From positions 32,001-96,000 of the forward strand of contig JBEKTQ010000008.1 of assembly GCA_049515895.1 (NCBI GenBank): a stretch of 64,000 bases of DNA, in the 5' to 3' direction. Positions 1 to 10,133 of this stretch are shown here, piece after piece (position 1 is the stretch's first letter; each line of letters starts with the position of its first letter). A program made the translations under genes and the position numbers. The stretch is from Candidatus Bathyarchaeia archaeon. Lineage in GTDB: Archaea > Thermoproteota > Bathyarchaeia > Bathyarchaeales > Bathycorpusculaceae. The notes beneath the pieces were generated by a model, which saw only the letters and a list, made by a program, of their open reading frames with translations, was not told where the DNA came from and ran no database searches.

Positions 1-74
1 ACTTGGGCGTGCCCCTCTATTCTTGTGATGGGGCTGATTACGATTTGTTTGTTGTTTCTTTCTGTTTTAACCAT
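1..74 (-). CDS. hoxH: [NiFe]-hydrogenase large subunit HoxH, 5' end only (runs off window)
   Basis: ATG at 74 overlaps the hoxY stop; translates MVKTERNNKQIVISPITRIEGHAQ, containing the large-subunit N-terminal P.TRIEGH motif. Confidence 0.85.
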   Translation of the reverse strand, partial: MVKTERNNKQIVISPITRIEGHAQ

Positions 75-609
75 ATTTTGTTTTACCCTCCATTTTAGGC
101 GTTCGCCCTTCCAAAAGCTCGGTTAACACGTAGTTAATCAGGTCTGCATGTGGCGGACACCCTGGGATAAAGAAATCAACTTTAACAGCTTCATGAAGCG
201 GACGAGCTTTAATCAGAAGTTTAGGCACATCCGTCGGGATTGCAGCGTTCAAATCAGACTTTTCCTTGTATGCTCTTTCCAGCACTACTTGGTCACTGTG
301 ACGCCACGAGTTTCTCAAGGCAGTAACGTTTCCCGTAACTGCACAGTCACCAAGGGAAATCAAAACTTTTGTTCGAGCTCTTACCTTCTCAAGCATGTGG
401 AGTTGCTCTTCATTTGCGATTGCGCCTTCAATAAGTGTGACGTCAACGTTTTCGGGAAATTCTTTCACGTCAGCAATTGGGCTGTAAACTAACTGTATTT
501 TCTTTGCTAAATCAACAAGACGCTCATCTTGGTCAAGGAATGACATGTGGCAACCTGAGCAGCCGCTGAGCCAAACCGTGGCAACTCTGACTTTCGCGTT
601 CGCGGTCAT
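67..609 (-). CDS. hoxY: NAD-reducing [NiFe]-hydrogenase small subunit HoxY
   Basis: WLSGCSGCHMS, GDCA and PGCPP motifs; 180 aa with a single FeS cluster; hox gene order. Confidence 0.9.
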   Translation of the reverse strand: MTANAKVRVATVWLSGCSGCHMSFLDQDERLVDLAKKIQLVYSPIADVKEFPENVDVTLIEGAIANEEQLHMLEKVRARTKVLISLGDCAVTGNVTALRNSWRHSDQVVLERAYKEKSDLNAAIPTDVPKLLIKARPLHEAVKVDFFIPGCPPHADLINYVLTELLEGRTPKMEGKTKYG

Positions 610-1316
610 TTGCGTTGCCTCCTCGTCAAGACGAACTCGGCGATATCTTTACGCTTGGTGTGGTCAATTGGTTCTGCCTCAATGTATATAGCTCCCACAG
701 GACAAACTTTTGCGCATTTGCGGCAGGAAGTGCAGCTGCAAGAGTTAGCCCATTTCTCATCAAGATCCATTATTACTTGGCTGTCTTTCCCTCTTAATTT
801 GAGGTCGAGGGTGTGGACGCCTTCAATTTGGTCGCAGACGCGGATGCATCTTGTGCATAGGATGCATCGGTTACGGTCAATAACTAAGAAGTCATGAGTT
901 GAATCGACTGGTTCAGCTGTCCAGTTCCTCTCAAACATCACGTGTTCGACTCCAAGTTCCTTAGCCATGGCTTGCAACTCGCAGTGGTCATTGGCGACGC
1001 AGACTGCGCAAATGTGAGTTCTCTCGGCGAGAAGCATTTGCACTACCATCTTACGGTGATCCTTTAGCCGGTCGGAGTTAGTGGTGATTTCCATGTTTGG
1101 ACCCACCGGCGTCGTGCACGCAGAGAAAAGCTTTGGTGAACCGCTGATTTCAACGAGGCAAAGTCGGCAACCGCCGTAGGGGGTTAAGCCTTCAAGCGAG
1201 CAAATTGTTGGAATTGTGATGCCGTTTGTTTTGGCTGCGTTCAGGATGGTGGTGCCTTCAGGAACTGATATTTCAACACCGTCAATTTTGAGTTTAAGAG
1301 TGTTTGATACTGTCAT
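606..1316 (-). CDS. hoxU: Bidirectional hydrogenase diaphorase subunit HoxU
   Basis: 2Fe-2S (C..GGCRLC..C), H.C..C..C and two 4Fe-4S motifs (CILCTRC, CTSCRKC..CP); start moved to ATG 1316 after GAGGAGG. Confidence 0.9.
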   Translation of the reverse strand: MTVSNTLKLKIDGVEISVPEGTTILNAAKTNGITIPTICSLEGLTPYGGCRLCLVEISGSPKLFSACTTPVGPNMEITTNSDRLKDHRKMVVQMLLAERTHICAVCVANDHCELQAMAKELGVEHVMFERNWTAEPVDSTHDFLVIDRNRCILCTRCIRVCDQIEGVHTLDLKLRGKDSQVIMDLDEKWANSCSCTSCRKCAKVCPVGAIYIEAEPIDHTKRKDIAEFVLTRRQRK

Positions 1317-1318
1317 GT

Positions 1319-2989
1319 TTATTCTTCCTCCTCGTGCTTTTTGAAGCATTTACCTGCTTCGCATTTCTTTTCGACGATATGTTTTAGGTATTCGTCTTTG
1401 AAGTAGCGAAGAGTAGTCAAGACTGGATTAGGTGCTGTTTGTCCAAGACCGCAGAGACTTGCGTCTCTTATGAAAACGCCTGATTTCTCCAGAGTGTGGA
1501 TGTCTTCCATTTTTCCGTTGCCTGTGGTTATTTGGTCGTATATTTCTTTGACTCGGGCTAAGCCTGCTCTGCATGGCGTGCATTTGCCGCATGATTCGTC
1601 CACGCAGAAGTCGGTAAAGAATCGTGCTGTGTCGACCATACATGATTCATCGTCGAGCACAACTATGCCACCAGAACCCATTATTGCTCCAGCTTTTGTT
1701 AGTGATTCATAATCGATTGGGAGATCCAGCAATGTGTCAGGAAGGCAACCGCCTGAAGGTCCGCCCACTAAGACAGACTTGAATTTCTTTCCATCAGCCA
1801 CGCCCCCGCCAATTTCGAAAACAACTTCTCTGAGTGTGATTCCCATCGGCACTTCAATTAATCCCGGATTGTTAACTTTACCTGTTAATGAGAAGCATTT
1901 GGTTCCAGAACATTTCGGCGTACCCAACTTTGCGAACCATGCGCCGCCGTTTTGTATGATTTGCGGTATGTTGGCGAATGTTTCAACATTCTGTATAAGC
2001 GTCGGTTTTTGCCATAAACCAGAATTCGCCGGGTATGGGGGACGCGGACGAGGCATTGCTCTCTGACCTTCTACAGAGGCAAGAATGGCTGTTTCCTCTC
2101 CCGCTACAAATGCGCCGGCACCGAACCGTAGTTCAAGGTCAAACTTGAACGATCCCATTTCAAGAATGTTATCGCCAAGTAACGTCATTGCTTTTGCTTG
2201 AGCAATAGCTTTCTGCAAAGTCTGAATTGCTAACGGATACTCGGATCTAATGTAAATATAGCCTTTTTCTGCACCAACAGCGTAAGCAGCGATAAGCATA
2301 CCCTCAAGAATAGCGTGTGGGTCAGCTTCAGCCAAAGTTCTATTTGCAAAGACGCCTGGATCTCCTTCGTCCAAGTTAGCAACAATGTACTTAGGAGAGC
2401 TGTGTGATCTTGACACGAGCGCCCATTTTTGCCCAGTTGGGAAACCGGCGCCTCCACGACCCCTAAGACCACTGGCTCTAACTTCATAGATTACACCCTG
2501 AGAAGTCATAGTTGCAAGGCATTTAGCTATGGCTGAGTAGCCGCCCGCAGAAATGTAATCTTGAATTCTTGAAGGATCAATTTTTCCTGCATTTCGTAAA
2601 ACTAGGCGATGCTGCTTTTTGAAGTAAGATTCATTTTGGTACAACATGCCTTTGACAGGCAAGTCGAGGACGATGTGATCACGGACTATTTCTCTTACTT
2701 TTTCGGGAGTAACGTTTTGATAGAGGTAGTCGCCTGGTTCAATAAGTACCGCTGGTCCTACAGAGCATGTGCCTATGCAACCGGTGCGGGCAACCTTGCA
2801 TATATTTTCTACGCCTAATTCTTTTACTGCTTCTTCAAACGCTTTCAATACTTTGAAAGCACCGAATGGAACACACCCGCTGGAGCAGCAAACGTTAATT
2901 CGGTATTTGTACGCTCTTTGGAAATCGAGTTCCTGCTCAGCTATTCTTTGGAGATCATCAAGTTTCAGTTTTAACCCCTCCGAGTACAT
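1319..2989 (-). CDS. hoxF: Diaphorase flavoprotein subunit HoxF (NuoF-like)
   Basis: GLRGRGGAGFPTG, DEGDPG, GAGAFVAGEETA and SCGKCTPCR motifs; N-terminal thioredoxin-like 2Fe-2S domain; true start may be CTG at 2968. Confidence 0.9.
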   Translation of the reverse strand: MYSEGLKLKLDDLQRIAEQELDFQRAYKYRINVCCSSGCVPFGAFKVLKAFEEAVKELGVENICKVARTGCIGTCSVGPAVLIEPGDYLYQNVTPEKVREIVRDHIVLDLPVKGMLYQNESYFKKQHRLVLRNAGKIDPSRIQDYISAGGYSAIAKCLATMTSQGVIYEVRASGLRGRGGAGFPTGQKWALVSRSHSSPKYIVANLDEGDPGVFANRTLAEADPHAILEGMLIAAYAVGAEKGYIYIRSEYPLAIQTLQKAIAQAKAMTLLGDNILEMGSFKFDLELRFGAGAFVAGEETAILASVEGQRAMPRPRPPYPANSGLWQKPTLIQNVETFANIPQIIQNGGAWFAKLGTPKCSGTKCFSLTGKVNNPGLIEVPMGITLREVVFEIGGGVADGKKFKSVLVGGPSGGCLPDTLLDLPIDYESLTKAGAIMGSGGIVVLDDESCMVDTARFFTDFCVDESCGKCTPCRAGLARVKEIYDQITTGNGKMEDIHTLEKSGVFIRDASLCGLGQTAPNPVLTTLRYFKDEYLKHIVEKKCEAGKCFKKHEEEE

Positions 2990-3446
2990 TTTTTATTTTT
3001 CCTATAACTATTTCTTTTGTGGCTTTGCCCACGACTTCCTCGTCAATAACGATGTTAGGTGCCATGGCACAAGCGCCGATGCAGCGTGTAACAAGTAGGG
3101 AAAGTCTTCCGTCAGGAGTCGAGCCACCACGTTTAACATCAAATTCTTTTTCAACAGCCTCAAAAATCTGTTCCACCTCTTTCACGTAGCAGGCAGTACC
3201 CAAGCAACCAGTCACTACGTGTTGTCCTGGCTGCTTAAACTTAAAGAAGCTATAGAAGGTCGCTACCCCGAAAACATGGCTCGGCGGAATGTTAAGTGAC
3301 CCAGAAACATCCATAAGCAAATCCTTATCTAAATAGCCATAAATTTCTTGTGCGCGATGCAATATTTCTAAAAGGGCACTTTCTTGGTAATTGTATTCTT
3401 TCAAAACTTTTTCCAACATTAAACGTCTCTTGTCCATTTCAGCCAA
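2958..3446 (-). CDS. hoxE: HoxE / NuoE-like 2Fe-2S subunit
   Basis: VATFYSFF, CLGTAC and CIGAC motifs; first gene of the hox operon. Confidence 0.9.
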   Translation of the reverse strand: MAEMDKRRLMLEKVLKEYNYQESALLEILHRAQEIYGYLDKDLLMDVSGSLNIPPSHVFGVATFYSFFKFKQPGQHVVTGCLGTACYVKEVEQIFEAVEKEFDVKRGGSTPDGRLSLLVTRCIGACAMAPNIVIDEEVVGKATKEIVIGKIKNVLGGVKTET

Positions 3447-3760
3447 TCATTTGATCCTCCTTCAAGTGTGTTGAACCCATTACCGATCGAAGCCACTACG
3501 GAAATTACTGATATAAAAGCTTAGGGGCAACAATTCATAGGAAATCGTTGGAAACCTCGTAGTATAGCGTTGTTAAGACACAGCTCAATAAATCGTGAAG
3601 AGATTGGAAAAGTGTCGTATAGACCGTATATATGCTTACATATGGTATATCGTTGGTCTTTTTTCGTCTTTATTTCAGAAAGGAATAAATGGACCAGTAT
3701 CCATTCCTATGCAAAAAAGCAAGAAAAAGCTTGCATTAAGTTAGAGGAGAAGAGAGAAAG

Positions 3761-5674
3761 ATGCGTGTAATATCAAAGGAAGATTTTGCTCAGTTTGTCA
3801 ATTCTTTGATAAAAGATAGTTCGTTGAATGTTATGGGTGTCAAAGCGAAAGGCGATAAATTCGCTTTTGGGCCTTTAGAATCTGCAAGCGAGCTTCGAAT
3901 GGATTATGACGTTACCCTTCTTCCGCCGAAGAAGTATTTCTTTCCCCAAAGAGAAACTCTAGTGACTTACAACGTAGGAAAGAGTTTTTCTGCTAAAAGC
4001 CCATCTGAAATCAAGCCCATGGTATTAGTCGGCGTTCACCCATATGACATAGTGGCCCTTCTTCATATGGATGAAATCTTCAGCGAAACAAAATCAGACC
4101 CATATTATTTTGAAAAACGGAAATCATCAATAATTATCGGTGTAAATATTCAGAAAATGTCAAAATGGTGTTTTGCACCTTACATGGGCAGCGCCACTGT
4201 TGAGTACGGATATGATTTAATGCTTACTGACCTTGGAAACCGGTATGTAATCAACATTGGATCAGAAAAAGGTGAAAACCTTTTGGATAAATACGCCAAA
4301 AACGTCAGTGACGCGCTTGCAAGGGACACCCAGTTGGTTGGCCAGAAAAAACGGGAAGTAATGATGATGAGCCAGCAAAAGCTGGATTTTCCCACGGAAT
4401 TAATTCCTGAAATGTTAACAAAATTTTATACAGAAAGCAGTTTTTGGGAGAGACATTCAGAGAAGTGCTTAGCATGCGGTTCCTGCGTCCTCGTTTGTCC
4501 AACATGCTACTGTTTTGACGTCAAAGATAACCCTGACTTATCGCTTGAACAAGGCGAAAGAGTGAGAATATGGGATGGGTGCTTACTTGAAGACTTTGCG
4601 AAAGTCGCTTCAGGTGAAAACTTCAGGGCGACAAGACCAACAAGATACAGACACAGGTACTTTAAGAAAGGCAAATACCTGTATGACCGATTCGGATTCA
4701 TCTCGTGCGTTGGCTGCGGTAGATGCTCATCAAATTGTCTGCCCAACATTGCAAATCCAGTCAACCTATTCAACGATATGTACCAGGAAAGCGTGAGTAG
4801 TGGGCAGGTAACAACTGTATCGACTCCAGAAATTAAGATTCAAACCGAAGGCAACATAGACTACGTTCCTAAACTTGCAACAATCATAAGAAAACAACCC
4901 ATGACCGCTATGGAAACATTGTTTGAAATTAAGTTAGATGACGGTTCAGTTTTAGGTCACAAACCAGGACAATTTGTTGAGCTTTCCGTCTTCGGAATAG
5001 GGGAAGCTCCAATTTCCATTTCGTCGCCGCCATCCAAGAAAGATACTTTTGAACTATGCGTTCGCAAACTAGGCAACGTAACTACAAAAATGCACTCGCT
5101 TAAAATTGGAGACAAGGTAGGAATCAGAGGACCATTCGGAACCGGCTTTGATACAGAATTCCTGAAAGGTAAGGATTTATTATTTGTTGCAGGAGGGCTT
5201 GGCCTTGCGCCATTGCGGTCATTCTTTAATTATGTTCTCGACAACCGAAAAGACTATGGTCAAGTCACTCTGCTCTATGGCTGTAAAGAACCAAAAGAAC
5301 TACTTTTTGCCGATGAACTCCTCGCGCTCGCGAAGAGAGACGATGTAGAGTTCAAGCCTACGGTCGATAGATGCCCAGAGGATGAAGCCTGGACCGGCAA
5401 TACGGGAGTAATAACAACTCTGATTCCTCAAATCAAGATTGATCCTGAAAAAACTTACGCTGTGATTTGCGGGCCGCCAATCATGTACAAATTCGTTATC
5501 GCAGACTTAAAAAAGAGAAATGTCTCAGACGACCATATAATTATGTCCCTAGAGCGGAGAATGAAATGTGGAGTCGGAAAATGTGGACACTGCCAAATCA
5601 ACCAAATCTACGTTTGTAAGGACGGCCCAGTTTTCAACTATTCTAAAATTAAAGGTGTACCGGAGGCGCTATAA
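3761..5674 (+). CDS. Fused sulfhydrogenase beta (4Fe-4S) and gamma (FAD/NAD(P)-binding, 2Fe-2S) subunits
   Basis: N-half has CLACGSCVLVCPTCYC and CVGCGRC; C-half has PGQFV, RGPFG, AGGLGLAP, CGPP and MKCGVGKCGHC; single uninterrupted ORF. Confidence 0.88.
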   Translation: MRVISKEDFAQFVNSLIKDSSLNVMGVKAKGDKFAFGPLESASELRMDYDVTLLPPKKYFFPQRETLVTYNVGKSFSAKSPSEIKPMVLVGVHPYDIVALLHMDEIFSETKSDPYYFEKRKSSIIIGVNIQKMSKWCFAPYMGSATVEYGYDLMLTDLGNRYVINIGSEKGENLLDKYAKNVSDALARDTQLVGQKKREVMMMSQQKLDFPTELIPEMLTKFYTESSFWERHSEKCLACGSCVLVCPTCYCFDVKDNPDLSLEQGERVRIWDGCLLEDFAKVASGENFRATRPTRYRHRYFKKGKYLYDRFGFISCVGCGRCSSNCLPNIANPVNLFNDMYQESVSSGQVTTVSTPEIKIQTEGNIDYVPKLATIIRKQPMTAMETLFEIKLDDGSVLGHKPGQFVELSVFGIGEAPISISSPPSKKDTFELCVRKLGNVTTKMHSLKIGDKVGIRGPFGTGFDTEFLKGKDLLFVAGGLGLAPLRSFFNYVLDNRKDYGQVTLLYGCKEPKELLFADELLALAKRDDVEFKPTVDRCPEDEAWTGNTGVITTLIPQIKIDPEKTYAVICGPPIMYKFVIADLKKRNVSDDHIIMSLERRMKCGVGKCGHCQINQIYVCKDGPVFNYSKIKGVPEAL

Positions 5675-6411
5675 TGAAACCCAAAGCAGCTTTCTTTGAT
5701 TTTGCAGGCTGTGAAGGAGACCAACTGCAAATAGCAAATCTCGAAGAAGATCTGTTAGCTTTGCTCAGCCAAGTCGACGTTGTAAGCTTCAGAGAGGTAA
5801 TGAAAGAACACAGCGACAACTATGATATCGCTTTTGTTGAAGGTTCCTGCACGAGACTGCAAGATGAAGATAGACTAAGACAAATTAGAAAAAACGCTAA
5901 AATCGTTGTTGCAATAGGTTCATGCGCAGCGATTGGCGGAATAAACTCCCTCAAGAATTACAAGGATTTGGATGGTGTAAAGAAAACTGTTTATGGCGAA
6001 AATGCAAGACTGTTTGACTCTTACGCCGCAAGAGCTATAGATGCAGTTATTCCAGTAGATGCCTACGTTTATGGTTGCCCGATCGATAGAGAAGATTTCT
6101 TGCAGGTGGTTAAATCACTGTTGCTGGGAAAGAAGCCTGATACCCCCACATATCCTGTTTGCGTCGAATGCAAAAAAAATGAGAACGTATGCGCTTTTGA
6201 GCGTGGTCAGTATTGTGTTGGACCAGTAACTAGGGCCGGCTGCAACTCATGCTGCGTTAATGAAGGCACAATTTGTTGGGGATGCCGCGGCTTGGTGGAT
6301 AATCCAAACGAGAACTCCCACAAAGAAGTTCTAATAAAATATGGTCAAACAGTCGATGATGCAATAAACAAGTTTAGGTTATATTTCGGTTGGCAGGAGG
6401 CAAAAAGATGA
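5674..6411 (+). CDS. hydD: Group 3b [NiFe]-hydrogenase small (delta) subunit
   Basis: GCEGDQ, GSCA, GCP, CVECK, C.GPVTRAGC and CWGCRG motifs. Confidence 0.85.
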   Translation: MKPKAAFFDFAGCEGDQLQIANLEEDLLALLSQVDVVSFREVMKEHSDNYDIAFVEGSCTRLQDEDRLRQIRKNAKIVVAIGSCAAIGGINSLKNYKDLDGVKKTVYGENARLFDSYAARAIDAVIPVDAYVYGCPIDREDFLQVVKSLLLGKKPDTPTYPVCVECKKNENVCAFERGQYCVGPVTRAGCNSCCVNEGTICWGCRGLVDNPNENSHKEVLIKYGQTVDDAINKFRLYFGWQEAKR

Positions 6412-7712
6412 AAAATTCAAATGTAGAAGTAAACGTCCACCATGTAACCAGAGTTGAAGGACATGGAAACATCTCCGTAAATATTAAAGACGGCATCGTA
6501 GAGAAATGCGAGTGGAGCATTCCAGAAGCACCAAGGTTTTTCGAAGCCATGGTTGTCGGCAGGTCATGGTACGAACTGCATCACATTACCTCTCGAATAT
6601 GCGGCATCTGCTCAATTGGTCATACGCTTGCTTCGCTAAAAGCCACAGAATCAGCCTTAGGAGTAACAATTAGTGAACAGGATTTGAAACTTAGAAAGCT
6701 AGCGTTGCACGGCGAAAACATGCAAAGTCACGTTTTACATTTAGGTTTCCTCGTTCTTCCAGATTTGATGGGCGTAGGTTCAGTCATTCCGCTTGCCTCG
6801 ACGAACCCTGCAGAGGTTAAGATAGTTCTCAAACTTCACAGAATTGCAAATGAAATGTCAAACTTAATTTGCGGTAGAACAACACATCCGCAAAGACTAA
6901 TTCCGGGTGGATTTTCGAAAATTCCTTCAATGAATGAATTGACAACTCTCAGAAAGAAACTGCAAGATTCTATTCCTAATCTTCAAACCGTCGCAGGACT
7001 ATTCAAAAGCTTGGAAAGTAAGTTACCTAATTTCAAAAGAGAAACAGAATTCATTGCCCTAACTGACCCCAACGAGTACGCACTTTACGACGGGAAACTC
7101 GGCTCAACCGATACAGCCAGCGCACCAGTGAAAGAGTACCTTTCATACACCAACGAGTATATTGTACCGCAATCAACCGCGAAATGGGCGAAACATGCCC
7201 GCGGTTCATACATGGTTGGCGCTTTAGCTAGATTTAATCTCAATCATGATCGATTATCTCCAATGGCCAAAAAGACAGCTGCAACATTCAATCTTTCACC
7301 TGTTTGCTATAATCCTTTCATGAATAGTATTGCACAACTTGTAGAATTGGTTCACAGCTGGGAAGATTCGATACGACTTATAAACGAACTTGAAGATAAG
7401 GGCTTGACCACTCAATCCGAGTACAACAAACCAGAAATCAAGGTAAAAGCAGGTACAGGAGTCGGCGCGGTAGAAGTTCCTAGAGGAATACTGTTCCACG
7501 ATTACACTTACAATGCTAATGGAGTATGTACAAGAGCCAACTGCGTAATCCCAACTAACCAAAATCACGCAAATATTCAGTTAGACATGAACGCTCTTGT
7601 GCCACAGATTGCAGATAAACCCCAAAAAGAGATTGAGTTAACACTGGAAATGTTAGTACGGGCTTACGATCCATGCATATCCTGTTCAACGCATGTAACA
7701 AAAATCAACTAG
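6408..7712 (+). CDS. hydA: Group 3b [NiFe]-hydrogenase large (alpha) subunit
   Basis: RVEGHG, L1 motif RICGIC, L2 motif RAYDPCISCSTH; ATG 6408 after GGAGG. Confidence 0.92.
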   Translation: MKNSNVEVNVHHVTRVEGHGNISVNIKDGIVEKCEWSIPEAPRFFEAMVVGRSWYELHHITSRICGICSIGHTLASLKATESALGVTISEQDLKLRKLALHGENMQSHVLHLGFLVLPDLMGVGSVIPLASTNPAEVKIVLKLHRIANEMSNLICGRTTHPQRLIPGGFSKIPSMNELTTLRKKLQDSIPNLQTVAGLFKSLESKLPNFKRETEFIALTDPNEYALYDGKLGSTDTASAPVKEYLSYTNEYIVPQSTAKWAKHARGSYMVGALARFNLNHDRLSPMAKKTAATFNLSPVCYNPFMNSIAQLVELVHSWEDSIRLINELEDKGLTTQSEYNKPEIKVKAGTGVGAVEVPRGILFHDYTYNANGVCTRANCVIPTNQNHANIQLDMNALVPQIADKPQKEIELTLEMLVRAYDPCISCSTHVTKIN

Positions 7713-8016
7713 CAACAACAGTCTAAGCGACCAAACTTAATCAAAAACGTAGAGATCTGCAGAAGCGATCCACAGGACACACACAAATATAAGCAAACAA
7801 TTAGCAATCGACCAACACATTCTTCAATTTTTTCATGAGTTTCAATGGTTGAATACGAATAGATGATCCAAGCCACTTTCTTTGAGGCACCGAAAAATTT
7901 TTGCGAATTCCGCCTAAAGAGCGGACCTTTTGAGACACACTCAATAGCTTTCAGGTCTCTAAGCTCATTATTTGGTTTGAAAGACCGACTGAGGACCAAA
8001 TTCAAGTGAACGAATT

Positions 8017-8334
8017 TTAAAGATCCAAGTCGTTTAGAAATTTCCAAAAATCCTCAATGGATCTAATGATTCTAATCTCAAGATAAGAAGAAACCAAGTC
8101 TTCTTTTTCACTAACCGGCCCCTTGAAATAACCGAGGGTATGAGGATAATTCTTTTCGAACTCGGGTGTGTCTACAATTTCCGTTAGACAGACTTTTGTT
8201 CTTGCTCCGCGCTTGTTTAGATCTGTAAACTCCACGGAGTAATACAGGTATTTTCTGCCTTGATTTCCCGTGCTGGGAAAAAAGATTAGCCAATTCATCT
8301 CTTGAAGATGAAAAGTTTTCCAGCTTTCTTGCAA
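8017..8334 (-). CDS. Hypothetical protein
   Basis: 105-aa ORF with TTG start after GAGG; globular composition; no motif recognised. Confidence 0.6.
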   Translation of the reverse strand: MQESWKTFHLQEMNWLIFFPSTGNQGRKYLYYSVEFTDLNKRGARTKVCLTEIVDTPEFEKNYPHTLGYFKGPVSEKEDLVSSYLEIRIIRSIEDFWKFLNDLDL

Positions 8335-8566
8335 CGACTACTTAGACCTCAAAACTAAATGCAACCACCAATTAATTAGCGTACCCTTTCCAAGTCTGTT
8401 AATCAATATTCGCACCAAACACTAACACTTTTAAAACTTCCCCAAACGAAGCGTTAGAAAGCGACGCATACATCTACATGACTTCTACTATTCCGTTTTA
8501 GATATCCATGCAAACAAAATCACTTTTTTCTTTGAAAGCTCAATTGCAAACGGTGCCTCTTAACGA

Positions 8567-9253
8567 CTAGGTTCTAGCTTTGCATAGAATGGAAATCCCA
8601 AACAAGTAATTTGCTCTTGATTCGAAAAAGAGCAGTTTCTCAAGAAGTTTGGATAGTGTGGTTATGTTTGATACTTTTTCATGTGGATAGTCTCTTTTGG
8701 ATATCTTGGTCAAAACTGTGACGGGGAAAGCAAGCAAATTCCAGTGTCTGAAATATTCGATTTTGAATCCTGCTGCTTTAAGCTTGGTCTTAAGCTCGTT
8801 ATCAGAATATCTTCTTTTATGTCCCAGGGCGACGTCGTGTTTGCCAAACAAAAAAGGGTATGACGGCACGTTAACCACGATGCAACCGTTAGTTTTTAGC
8901 ATGTTGTGGATTTTTTTCATCACTGAATTGTCATTTTCAATATGCTCCAGCACATCGCCAAGAATTATACAGTCAAATTTCTCATCTATTTTCGAATAGG
9001 TAATGTCTGACAAGAATGCTGCAATGCCTTTCTTTTTTGCAATTTCAACGGCCTTCCAATCGGTATCTGTTGCCACTACGCTGTAGCCTCTATCTAAAAG
9101 GGTTTTGGACAGTCGTCCTGACCCGCAGCCGACATCCAAGACCCTTGCACCTTCAACGAGATCTAAAATTAGTTTGACTTTTACTTTGCTCCAAAAGTCG
9201 TTTTCTTCGATTCGTTCTAGGTCTTCTGCGTGACTATGTACGTTTTTAGCCAT
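8567..9253 (-). CDS. Class I SAM-dependent methyltransferase
   Basis: VLDVGCGSG, DVLEH and HKRRY motifs typical of glycosylation-cluster methyltransferases. Confidence 0.85.
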   Translation of the reverse strand: MAKNVHSHAEDLERIEENDFWSKVKVKLILDLVEGARVLDVGCGSGRLSKTLLDRGYSVVATDTDWKAVEIAKKKGIAAFLSDITYSKIDEKFDCIILGDVLEHIENDNSVMKKIHNMLKTNGCIVVNVPSYPFLFGKHDVALGHKRRYSDNELKTKLKAAGFKIEYFRHWNLLAFPVTVLTKISKRDYPHEKVSNITTLSKLLEKLLFFESRANYLFGISILCKART

Positions 9254-9924
9254 AATTTGAGAACACCCTTCCCCATTTTTAAGGTGTCATTAACAAGGTT
9301 AAGCTTTGAATCGGGCTTATAACTCCAAGTTACAGGCACCTCTTTTATCGTGTACCCGTTTCTCTTGCATTTAAACAACAGTTCAGCATCGAACTCGAAT
9401 CCGTTGCTTTCAACAGTATGAAGCACGTTTTGTAGGGCTTCTCTTTTGAAGGCTTTGCAGCCGCATTGGGTATCCTTCACGTTAAGATTGAACAGGGCAT
9501 TAAATATGTGAGAGAAAGCTTTACCCGCGAACACTCTTACAAGCGGAGGGTAAACCAAAATTCTTGTTCCATAAACCTCTCTTGAGGCAACAGCAACATC
9601 ATTTTGACCTACCCATGAAGCTACTTTCTCAACGTCTGAAATTGGTACAGGAAGATCTGAGTCAAGCAGCATAACGACTTCTCCTTGAGAGTTTTGAACA
9701 CCTTTCTTGAATGCTCCGCCTTTCCCAAGCCTCTTGGTTGATGTTATAAGTTTAATAACCGATGAATTTCTGGAAAATTGGGCCACAATATTGTTTGTTT
9801 TATCATTACTTTCAGACACGACTAGAATTTCACAAGACCCGTTGAATCGTTCCACCAAGCACTCCAAAGTACGCTTAATCCTTTTCTCCTCATTGTATGC
9901 GGGTACCACAATTGACAATTTCAT
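9217..9924 (-). CDS. GT2 glycosyltransferase, dolichyl-phosphate glycosyltransferase-like
   Basis: SIVVPAYNEE, GKGGA, DSD, DTQCGCK and FEFDAE motifs. Confidence 0.88.
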   Translation of the reverse strand: MKLSIVVPAYNEEKRIKRTLECLVERFNGSCEILVVSESNDKTNNIVAQFSRNSSVIKLITSTKRLGKGGAFKKGVQNSQGEVVMLLDSDLPVPISDVEKVASWVGQNDVAVASREVYGTRILVYPPLVRVFAGKAFSHIFNALFNLNVKDTQCGCKAFKREALQNVLHTVESNGFEFDAELLFKCKRNGYTIKEVPVTWSYKPDSKLNLVNDTLKMGKGVLKLWLKTYIVTQKT

Positions 9925-10133
9925 GTTTTGGCACTTGCCAACTTTTTTAAGGCACGCTTGGTTCCAATACATTTCAAGCTGCTACAATAAGACTCTTTTG
10001 GGTAAAAAACTGAATGCTCCTCTGCAATGTAGAAGAAAAGCAGATTTAACAAACGCTTTTTTACAAGGTATGAAATAATGCTTTTCCTTAGGGAGAGGCG
10101 CTGACCATTAAACAATTAAGCCCGCAGGGTTCA

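Noticed and set aside
3447-3760. Operator repeats between the hydrogenase operons (CATAGGAA / TTCCTATG, repeated TTGGAAA)
   Set aside because: Short and irregularly spaced; cannot be distinguished from chance by eye
7660-7712. Very short C-terminal extension (VTKIN) after the HydA L2 motif, with no maturation protease nearby
   Set aside because: Short extensions are known in group 3b enzymes, and the protease can be encoded elsewhere
7709-8047. 112-aa minus-strand ORF
   Set aside because: No motif or RBS, overlaps both neighbours, and has atypical composition; likely spurious
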